Positions 25,110-32,000 of a stretch of 32,000 bases of DNA are shown piece after piece. The notes below the pieces were generated by a model, which saw only the letters and a program-made list of their open reading frames with translations, did no database searches and had not been told where the DNA came from. The translations under genes were made by a program, and so were the position numbers. The DNA is taken from NCBI RefSeq assembly GCF_000223395.1, contig NC_015931.1, forward strand, positions 1,350,001-1,382,000. Direction: 5' to 3'. Numbering within the stretch: position 1 is the stretch's first letter; every line of letters begins with the position of its first letter. The DNA comes from Pyrolobus fumarii 1A (lineage in GTDB: Archaea > Thermoproteota > Thermoprotei_A > Sulfolobales > Pyrodictiaceae).

Positions 25110-26012
25110 ATGGAGTGGAGCCCGCCCGAGCTTCGCAAAATACTCACACGCGTGGCAGGCGAGGCTGCAGGCTTCCTACGGGACAAGTTTGGCAGTATCA
25201 ACCTCCTAGAGGTGCACGGAGTTAAAGCCCGAGATGAGACGATGCGCATCGACCTTGAGGTTGAAAACTACGTATTCGAGCTATTAAAGGCCGAGGGTTT
25301 GAAGTGTCTCGTTGCAACTGAGGAGCGAGGCGTCGTGAAACTAGGCAACGATCCAGTGGTAATAGTGCTTGACCCACTAGATGGTAGCAAGAATTTTGCA
25401 TCATTCGTGCCGTGGGCTGCTGTTAGTCTAGCCGCTGCACCAATAAACAACACTGAACCGCCACGTTTAACCGACATTGTAGCTGGTGCTGTCGCACCGA
25501 TTTTCAACTGGCCGGTTATCAGCTTCGCAAAAGGCGAGGGAGTACACGAAGGCGAAGATAAGCCTCTAATGACTCCTACACGACGCCTACTGCTCTATTA
25601 CGCCGAGAATGCACAACAAGCACTTATCGTCGAGAAGTTAATCGAAGCGTTAAAAGCTAGAGGCATGAGGGTAAGTGCACGTTCACTTGGCTCTGCTTCC
25701 CTAGAGGTTAGTTGGGCTGGCATAGGAAGAGCGTTGGCATTCATAGACGTGCGGGGTAAGCTACGCACTATAGACATTACCGCAGCCGTCCACATAGCTC
25801 TAGAGGCTGGTAGCTACGTTATCGTCGAGCGCTGGGGAGCTAGGATAGACCGCGTAGAGGAGGTTGGCACAGTAATCGTTGCACCCCCCGACACATGGGG
25901 CATAGTGAAGAGTGTGTTATGCGAAACAGGCCACTGTAATCTGGTCGACCAAGCTCTGAGTAGGAAGGAGACGCAACTAATACCCGTAGCTCGTGCCACG
26001 CAAGGCCACTAG
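25110..26012 (+). CDS. suhB: inositol monophosphatase / fructose-1,6-bisphosphatase family protein
   Basis: The EERG metal-binding motif, VLDPLDGSKNF (the DPxDGT/S motif) and a C-terminal IDITAAVHIALEAG block (the WDxAAG-equivalent region). Confidence 0.75.
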   Translation: MEWSPPELRKILTRVAGEAAGFLRDKFGSINLLEVHGVKARDETMRIDLEVENYVFELLKAEGLKCLVATEERGVVKLGNDPVVIVLDPLDGSKNFASFVPWAAVSLAAAPINNTEPPRLTDIVAGAVAPIFNWPVISFAKGEGVHEGEDKPLMTPTRRLLLYYAENAQQALIVEKLIEALKARGMRVSARSLGSASLEVSWAGIGRALAFIDVRGKLRTIDITAAVHIALEAGSYVIVERWGARIDRVEEVGTVIVAPPDTWGIVKSVLCETGHCNLVDQALSRKETQLIPVARATQGH

Positions 26013-26023
26013 GGTTACAGCTA

Positions 26024-26767
26024 ATGCCACGGCTGAGGGCTCTCGCGGTAGACATAGATGGCACTCTGACAATCAACAGAGGCATCTTCACACTCGATCT
26101 AGAAGCCATCAATATGCTACGCGAGCTATCGTCTCACGGTATACACATTATACTCGTTACTGGTAACAGCCTCCCCGTAACGGCTGGCCTCGCGCGCTAC
26201 CTCGGCTTTGACTATTCACCTCACGTCGCCGAAAACGGATGCATGGTGTTTTACCGCGGTTCGAGAATAAGGACGTGCACCGGAGATGCTAGCACGGCCG
26301 CTAGACTTGTAGAAGAGCATCTCTCGGATATACTCTATCCTAGCTGGCAGAACCCCTATCGACACTGCGACTATGCCTTTAATCTTAGAAGTGGCGTCGA
26401 CCCACAAGCAGCACTAGAGAAGGTACGTAACTTGCTACATAGAGAGGGTCTTGAAGGCATCAGCATAGGATATAGTGGTTACGCTATACACGTGAAGCCA
26501 TCATGTGTTAGCAAGGCACGCGGCCTCCTAAAAGCTTTAGAGCTTGTCGGCGTTAAGACGACAGAAACTGTAGCTATAGGCGACTCGGCTCTCGATGTAG
26601 AGCTTAAGCATGCCAGCGCAGTCCTAGTCGCTGTTGGCAATGCCGATGAGGAGCTAAAACAAGCTGCTCATATCGTAGCACCTGGTAGAAGTAGCGAATC
26701 TGTCAAGTGGCTCGTCAAGCTCCTGCTGGAAAAGAATCTTGAACTAGATGGGCTTCTTAGTCAATAG
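26024..26767 (+). CDS. HAD-IIB hydrolase, archaeal phosphoglycolate phosphatase-like
   Basis: LAVDIDGTLT (the DxDGT nucleophile motif), LVTGNS, AENG and AIGDSALD motifs in HAD order. About 247 aa. Confidence 0.75.
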   Translation: MPRLRALAVDIDGTLTINRGIFTLDLEAINMLRELSSHGIHIILVTGNSLPVTAGLARYLGFDYSPHVAENGCMVFYRGSRIRTCTGDASTAARLVEEHLSDILYPSWQNPYRHCDYAFNLRSGVDPQAALEKVRNLLHREGLEGISIGYSGYAIHVKPSCVSKARGLLKALELVGVKTTETVAIGDSALDVELKHASAVLVAVGNADEELKQAAHIVAPGRSSESVKWLVKLLLEKNLELDGLLSQ

Positions 26768-27929
26768 GACTTAGCCCTGTCTCTAGTATCTTCTGCACCT
26801 CGCGCCACGTATCCTTAACCTTTCTTATCCTCGCGACAATACTACCATCACTACGTTGCTCTACCCCAGCAACTATGATGTCAACACCTAGAGACGCCAT
26901 GTAGTCCAGGAACTCTTCAAAATCGTCTCTAGTATCGAAAGGCAACATGAACTCCTCATACAACATTTTACCGTTTTTAACCTCCTTTACAGCCTCGATG
27001 GCCGGCTCCAGGATAGCCTTCCCCAAGTTCTGCTCTGCAAGTAACAAACGCCTATCATCCCATCCCTCCTCCACAGCCTTGAATATTTCACGTAGTATTC
27101 GTGAGAAGAGGTAGTTTCTACCCTCATCAAACGGGAATCTCATACCAATCTCGATGTCGTGTATGTTTATGAAGCTCGTAGTGTATTTCAAGGGTGGGAC
27201 TCGATACTCTGGGTCTTTAAGGACAACACCCTCCCTTCCACGTCGTTCAAGATCCTCAATTATCTTCCTGAAGGCCTTGATATCGTTTTTATCTATCTCA
27301 CCTAGCACGGGAACGTGTAGCAATCCATGCTTTTCAACTATCTCTTTTCGCTCATGTGGAGGCAGAAACTTCTCACCATGTACAATATCGAAGATGAAAT
27401 AGGCAAACCCTCCGGCCTCGGGGTAGTAGAAGCGCACGTATGGATTCTCTAGCCCTATGACCTCACCGGCTACTACGAGTTCCTCGCCCTCCTCTCGGAA
27501 TAGGCTAGTTAGTTTATCACCGTAGAGTTTACGTATACGCTGCGTCGTGTATGGACAGATAAGACCGCCTCTTGTTACAGCAACGATCTCGTCGCGTAGT
27601 TTAACAACTCTAACGTTATACCCATTCAGCTTCTCCTCAACAACTATCTTATCAATGAAGTGTTTGGGCAGCGCTACACTCGGGAGGAGCACTCGCTGTA
27701 TAGACGGGTATCCTGGGACTACACGGTAGCCGTCAGGCCATACGGCTATTAGCGTGCCTTCACGTAGACCGTAAACGTCCTTGCGCAGAGAGAAGTATGT
27801 GACATTCCTCCATTTCATTAGACGCACAACGTTACGTCTTCGTGCAAGCCGCTCGGCCTCCTCAATATTCACGTTAAGCGCCTCTGCTAGCTTCTCAATC
27901 ATCCACCTTTCTAGAGGTATACGTATCAA
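26757..27929 (-). CDS. ATP-dependent RNA ligase, Pab1020/Rnl3 family
   Basis: The nucleotidyltransferase motif I is EEKLNGYNVRV (KxNG lysine). The ~390-aa size and overall layout match archaeal homodimeric RNA ligases. The 3' end overlaps the HAD gene 3' end by 11 nt. Confidence 0.7.
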   Translation of the reverse strand: MIRIPLERWMIEKLAEALNVNIEEAERLARRRNVVRLMKWRNVTYFSLRKDVYGLREGTLIAVWPDGYRVVPGYPSIQRVLLPSVALPKHFIDKIVVEEKLNGYNVRVVKLRDEIVAVTRGGLICPYTTQRIRKLYGDKLTSLFREEGEELVVAGEVIGLENPYVRFYYPEAGGFAYFIFDIVHGEKFLPPHERKEIVEKHGLLHVPVLGEIDKNDIKAFRKIIEDLERRGREGVVLKDPEYRVPPLKYTTSFINIHDIEIGMRFPFDEGRNYLFSRILREIFKAVEEGWDDRRLLLAEQNLGKAILEPAIEAVKEVKNGKMLYEEFMLPFDTRDDFEEFLDYMASLGVDIIVAGVEQRSDGSIVARIRKVKDTWREVQKILETGLSPID

Positions 27930-28025
27930 TGTGCGTAACCCTTTGAGTGAAACCTAGCTCCACCCTCTTATTCAGCCCGGCTTGCAGAACATGTGAGTTT
28001 GGAAGATGAGAACCGGGGGACATAG

Positions 28026-28532
28026 ATGAAGAGCCGTCAAGTCAGACTTGTACGTGGGTTTGAGATAACACCCGCCCATCTGGAGAGTCTTGCAATGTAC
28101 CACGCCGCTATTGATCCTGACTCTGGTCATCTAGTCTGCCACGGATACAGCCTGCAAGTTGTAACTCTGGTTGTAGATGGTAACCCCGTTCCAGCATTAC
28201 TGATCGATGAGAGTCTCATATACACGAGCGGCTCCAGGAATGTTGAGTTGCTAGTAAAGGCTTCATCCAAGAAGGTCGAGCATGTAACCATCGACGGCAA
28301 TGCAATTGTGGCAGATGGTATACGCTTGTCAAACCCCTGGATATTCCACGCCATTAGCATGGCACGAGATTTTAAGTCTGCACCCACACTCTACATAATC
28401 ACTCTCAAGGTTGACGAGGACCGCGAGAGCAATGCCCTCATGCTAGTCTATACTAAGCCGGAGCACCACGCCTTCATAGCACTAGAGTATGGAAGGCCAC
28501 GAGAGGATAAGCCTCCTACCTTACACGTCTAG
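28026..28532 (+). CDS. hypothetical protein (168 aa)
   Basis: A clean ORF with an ATG start, plausible composition and no competing ORF apart from an 86-aa antisense shadow. No motif recognised. Confidence 0.5.
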   Translation: MKSRQVRLVRGFEITPAHLESLAMYHAAIDPDSGHLVCHGYSLQVVTLVVDGNPVPALLIDESLIYTSGSRNVELLVKASSKKVEHVTIDGNAIVADGIRLSNPWIFHAISMARDFKSAPTLYIITLKVDEDRESNALMLVYTKPEHHAFIALEYGRPREDKPPTLHV

Positions 28533-28570
28533 CAACCCACAGCGTGCAACAATGCTAAGCCAGTTTTAGG

Positions 28571-28588
28571 AATGTTTAAAAAAACATT
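28571..28588. terminator. AT-rich perfect hairpin between convergent genes
   Basis: AATGTTT-aaaa-AAACATT forms a 7-bp stem, preceded by a TTTT run at 28564-28567. It overlaps the stop codon of the minus-strand dehydrogenase gene. Confidence 0.4.
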
Positions 28589-29459
28589 ATCTTATTTCAC
28601 GCGCGTTGCGAGCAACTCGTTCATACGTACACCTTATAACGCTTGTATAATCAACATTCTCATCGCATTCTAGTAGTGCATCTAGATACTCATTTAGTGC
28701 GCCTGCAGATGCAGGTACGGGAGCACCTCTCCTCCTAGCAGCCTCGATAAACAGTGCAAGGTCTTTGACGGCGCCAGCCAGGCGGAAGTGTGTTTTCGCT
28801 TTACCCCATGCTCTATCCCAGTACCTCTCAATGAGTATGCGCATCCACGTGGATTCCATTAACTTCTTCAATAGCTCCTTATCAACCTTCCACGCCGCGA
28901 GTAACTTGAAGCTATCCGCTATGCCCGCAACAAGCGTGAATAGTATATTATTGAAAGCTAGCTTAACTACCATTGCGCTGGGAGGCTCACCAGCTTCTAT
29001 TATCGTAGCTGCCAACGCCTCAACAACCGGCCTCGCCTTGTTCCACGCCTCACTGTTCCAATAGGCTACTATAACGGGGAGCTTTCCGTCACGCGCTACA
29101 CGAGGCCCCGCAGCAACCGGCGCTTCAACGTAACGCTCTCTTCCCACGATCTCGCCAGCTTTCATACTAGCTTGTGGCGATACCGTTGACGTGTTCACTA
29201 CAATCGACTCGCCGTCCTTCACTAACTCTGCAAGCCACAGGAGGTAATCATCATCCCATCCAGCAACTACCAATACGGTGTCACGGTGTTTCATATCCTC
29301 TAGTGTGGCTGGCCGCGAGTTTATCCTCTTGGCAACTTCTCCTGCTACTCCACTGCGCCTAGCGTATGGGAGTACATTGAAACCCTGTGAGGAGAGCCTA
29401 TCCACATAGGCTTGCCCCATGAGCCCGAGGCCTGCAACTACAACCTTCAAGCGTCTCAC
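28587..29459 (-). CDS. NAD(P)-binding beta-hydroxyacid dehydrogenase family protein (3-hydroxyisobutyrate/6-phosphogluconate dehydrogenase-like)
   Basis: The N-terminal Rossmann motif is KVVVAGLGLMGQAY. Also present are YVEAPVAAGPRVARDGKL, KLAFNN and AVKDLALFIEAARRRG. I prefer the GTG at 29459, which gives ~291 aa with a TATA-like CCTAAACTCC about 45 nt upstream. The tracked ORF extends to 29567. Confidence 0.75.
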   Translation of the reverse strand: MRRLKVVVAGLGLMGQAYVDRLSSQGFNVLPYARRSGVAGEVAKRINSRPATLEDMKHRDTVLVVAGWDDDYLLWLAELVKDGESIVVNTSTVSPQASMKAGEIVGRERYVEAPVAAGPRVARDGKLPVIVAYWNSEAWNKARPVVEALAATIIEAGEPPSAMVVKLAFNNILFTLVAGIADSFKLLAAWKVDKELLKKLMESTWMRILIERYWDRAWGKAKTHFRLAGAVKDLALFIEAARRRGAPVPASAGALNEYLDALLECDENVDYTSVIRCTYERVARNAREIR

Positions 29460-29496
29460 CGCCTGCCTGCTAGGAGAGGGGCGTGTAAGAGAATAC

Positions 29497-29955
29497 TTGG
29501 AGTTTAGGTTGCGGGAGGCTGGCATCAGCGTAGTTGAGGAGTGCATATCCCCCGATTTGCTGGTCATCGCCGGAAGACTCGACGAAGAAGGAGCTACACG
29601 AGTTAGGAATATCGCGTGTAAGGGTGGAAGGCCTCATGTCGAGCTTATAGCTGTGTGCGGCACCGAAGCTATACTAACACTTGCGAACACGGGATTACTC
29701 TGCGGCGTTGTTGTCGCGGCTCCTCCCAACTACTGGCATCTTATCGAGCGCACCGGGGCCGCACCAGTGCCCCGTATACTGCACAGCGATTGCCGCGTGA
29801 TTACATGTCACGATACACGCTACACACATGTCTTCATGCGTAAGTTGCTAGAGGAGGTAGAGTGTATCACCACCGGGTGGTGTCTATCCGGCTTTACACG
29901 CCCCTGCTTTAACTGTGGGGCAAAGTGCTTGGAGAGTAAAGGGCGTGCAGATTGA
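29497..29955 (+). CDS. questionable Cys-rich ORF upstream of aroB
   Basis: The tracked frame is open from 29419 to 29955, and its stop overlaps the TTG start of aroB (TTGA). The C-terminus is Cys-rich (CRVITCHD...CITTGWC...CFNCGAKC). Two points count against it: a TATA-like CTTTAACTG at 29908-29916 inside it would serve aroB, and its start is undefined (TTG 29497 is one option). Confidence 0.3.
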   Translation: MEFRLREAGISVVEECISPDLLVIAGRLDEEGATRVRNIACKGGRPHVELIAVCGTEAILTLANTGLLCGVVVAAPPNYWHLIERTGAAPVPRILHSDCRVITCHDTRYTHVFMRKLLEEVECITTGWCLSGFTRPCFNCGAKCLESKGRAD

Positions 29956-31064
29956 CATCCGTGTTTGCTGTTAGGCTGGTATCGCCTCGCTATTCGCCCC
30001 CATACCCAGTGATTATAGGCAAGGATCTTGTCAAGGATCTCGGAGACATTCTAGCCGAGTATACCCGCCTCAATCCACTCAACTGTCTAGTTGCATACCC
30101 GCAGCCCCTGGAGTGGCTCGCCAATACGGTCGTACAGGGCTTGTCCAGTTTCTGCACGCACGTGTACAAATTTGCTCTACCAGACGGCGAGGACGCTAAA
30201 CGTCTCGAAAAGGTCCTAGAGCTTGTGGAGTTTATGCATAGACTGGGCTTCTCGCGCAGGGACTTAGTCGTAGTCGCTGGGGGAGGCGCTGCAAGTGATT
30301 CTGCAGGTTTCGCGGCTGCCATCTATAAACGTGGCGTACCATACGTCAATATTCCTTCAACTCTTCTCTCAATGGTTGATGCTGCTATTGGAGGCAAGGT
30401 TGCAGTTAACCATGCCGGCCTTAAGAACCTCTTAGGCACTTTTTACCAGCCACGAGCGGTCATAGAAGATGTGTCGCTACTTGCCACTCTACCAAAACTC
30501 GAGGTTCTAAGTGGTCTTGGCGAGATAGTGAAGTACGCATATACGTTAAGCGCAGAGCTACACGACATGCTCGTCAAGCACGGTACTAAGGTTGTTGAGG
30601 AGCCCAACCTGCTAGCCGAGGCGGTTAGCTACTCTGTCAACTCTAAAGCTAGGATAGTAGAGCTTGACGAGAGGGAGGAATACGGCCTACGCGAGATTCT
30701 CAACTTTGGTCATACTTTCGGCCATGCGCTCGAGGAGGCAGCCAAAGGAGAGGTTAAGCACGGCATAGCTGTGGCGTGGGGCTGCGTTGTTGAGTCTTGG
30801 GCAGGTGTGCACCTGGGGTTTACTCCGAGGTGGGTAGCCGAGGAGCTAGAGTCGCTGGTTCGTAGACTCGGATTTCCCCAGCCAAAGCTACCAGAGTTTG
30901 ATATCCTCACTACGCTAATGGCCAAGGATAAGAAGGTACATGGCGACGTTATTAGGGGTGTGTTCCCACTTGCTCCTGGAAGGGGCCTAGTCGTAGACGT
31001 GAGGTTAAAGGATTATGTCGAGGCGGTTAGACGCGCGGCTGCAAGAGTCTGGAGGGGAGAGTAA
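29952..31064 (+). CDS. aroB: 3-dehydroquinate synthase
   Basis: VVAGGGAASDSAGFAAAIYKRGVPYVNIPSTLLSMVDAAIGGKVAVNH and NFGHTFGHALE are DHQS motifs. Start is TTG 29952 or GTG 29961. Confidence 0.9.
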   Translation: MTSVFAVRLVSPRYSPPYPVIIGKDLVKDLGDILAEYTRLNPLNCLVAYPQPLEWLANTVVQGLSSFCTHVYKFALPDGEDAKRLEKVLELVEFMHRLGFSRRDLVVVAGGGAASDSAGFAAAIYKRGVPYVNIPSTLLSMVDAAIGGKVAVNHAGLKNLLGTFYQPRAVIEDVSLLATLPKLEVLSGLGEIVKYAYTLSAELHDMLVKHGTKVVEEPNLLAEAVSYSVNSKARIVELDEREEYGLREILNFGHTFGHALEEAAKGEVKHGIAVAWGCVVESWAGVHLGFTPRWVAEELESLVRRLGFPQPKLPEFDILTTLMAKDKKVHGDVIRGVFPLAPGRGLVVDVRLKDYVEAVRRAAARVWRGE

Positions 31065-31116
31065 TACTCTTAGCGGGGGTGAAGCCCACCCCCCTCCCAC
31101 CACGAGGGCCGAGGAA

Positions 31117-31902
31117 ATGAAGATAAGCGAGCTACGCGATATAGCGTTGAGGATCAGGAGACGCATACTACGGATGGCTGCGGTAGACAAGAGTGTGCAT
31201 GCTGGCGCATCACTTAGCGTTACCGATATTCTTGTGGCTCTTTACTTCGGCATAGGTGTTAGACTGGAGGGTCCTAAACCAACGCATCGCGACTGGGTGA
31301 TACTCAGCAAGGGTCATGCCGTGCCCGCGCTTTACGCTATTCTTACAGAGTTGGGTCTCCTCGAGGAAGCGGAGCTAGACAAGATACGCACTATTGATGG
31401 CTTGGAAGGGCACCCTGACTTCACTACGCCAGGCGTCGATGTCTCTACGGGTAGTCTGGGTCAAGGGCTTAGCATTGGAGCTGGCATAGCATACGCTATG
31501 CGCCTTGACGGCACAGAGGGCAAATACAATGTGTTCGTGATACTGGGCGACGGTGAACTCGACGAGGGTCAAGTGTGGGAGGCAGCCACAACCGCCGCTC
31601 ATCTACGCCTACGTAGCCTCGTGGCTATCGTAGACGTGAATGGATTCCAGCTAGACGGTCCTACGGACAAGATAAAGTCCAAGGGTTCGATTGCAGCACG
31701 CTGGTCCAGCATAGGCTGGCATGTCGTAGAGGCCGATGGCCACAGTTTCAAGAGCCTCTTATCCGCACTTGAGGAGGCAATCGCCTATCCTGGCCCAGCT
31801 GTTGTTCTCGCATACACGCGTCGAGGTAGAGGCCTAGGTATACTCGAGAAGACAGGTGGTCAGCATGTCAACCCTGAGTACGCGAAACAATTCATCGAGT
31901 AA
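31117..31902 (+). CDS. tkt: transketolase, N-terminal (TPP-binding) subunit
   Basis: HAGASLSVTDILVALYF, LSKGHAVPALYA, GSLGQGLSIGAG and LGDGELDEGQVWEA. I prefer the ATG at 31117 because the tracked ORF start at 31015 lies inside aroB. Confidence 0.9.
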   Translation: MKISELRDIALRIRRRILRMAAVDKSVHAGASLSVTDILVALYFGIGVRLEGPKPTHRDWVILSKGHAVPALYAILTELGLLEEAELDKIRTIDGLEGHPDFTTPGVDVSTGSLGQGLSIGAGIAYAMRLDGTEGKYNVFVILGDGELDEGQVWEAATTAAHLRLRSLVAIVDVNGFQLDGPTDKIKSKGSIAARWSSIGWHVVEADGHSFKSLLSALEEAIAYPGPAVVLAYTRRGRGLGILEKTGGQHVNPEYAKQFIE

Positions 31903-31927
31903 CCTATCCGAGGTTCAACGCTTGACT

Positions 31928-32000
31928 ATGAGGGATGCCGTTGGAAGAGCACTTGTCGAGCTAGGCGAGGAAGATCCAGACATGGTAGTAGTTACTGCCG
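31928..32000 (+). CDS. tkt: transketolase, C-terminal (pyrimidine-binding) subunit, 5' fragment
   Basis: MRDAVGRALVELGEEDPDMVVVTA... is the typical start of the split-transketolase second subunit. It runs off the right edge of the window. Confidence 0.8.
   Translation, partial: MRDAVGRALVELGEEDPDMVVVTA

Noticed and set aside
24539-25249. 236-aa minus-strand ORF competing with the 24621-25097 gene and the start of the IMPase gene
   Set aside because: It has a Ser/Arg-rich shadow composition and overlaps the motif-bearing IMPase N-terminus. The plus-strand reading has normal hyperthermophile composition and operon spacing.

Overview
This window reads as chromosomal DNA from a hyperthermophilic crenarchaeote. 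The taxon call is inferred from gene content only: TBP, aIF2-gamma, ribosomal protein eL38, a split transketolase, an archaeal-type glutamate synthase, and an initiator tRNA with A1:U72 and an encoded CCA. I can support about 30 CDS, mostly housekeeping. They are sufC plus a sufB/D-family gene; glutamate synthase as a class-II amidotransferase gene plus a fused GXGXG/ferredoxin/FMN gene; scattered his genes (hisC, hisD, hisF-hisA-hisG); nadE; thiC; tRNA-iMet; tbp; two metallophosphoesterases; eL38; a beta-CASP RNase; aIF2-gamma; a LOG/TIGR00725-like protein; an IMPase-family plus HAD phosphatase pair; a Pab1020-type RNA ligase; a beta-hydroxyacid dehydrogenase-like protein; aroB; and the two transketolase halves. 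I found no CRISPR array, no transposase or integrase, and no recognisable defence genes. Three things are not explained by ordinary annotation. (1) A 1.7-kb ORF-free block at 14554-16246 has strong C>G strand asymmetry that flips to G>C at a perfect 13-bp palindrome. It also carries two over-represented motif families: GGTRCACC, and CGTATTAC with exact 104-bp phasing. (2) A GC-rich intergenic stretch at 17968-18203 folds into two long rod-like hairpins and may encode ncRNA of unknown class. (3) Several lower-GC orphan envelope genes are present: a pilin-like protein with a 533-aa polytopic/coiled-coil protein, and a surface protein with a cytoplasmic coiled-coil tail. All functional readings of these three are hypotheses. 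I could not run any homology or structure searches.
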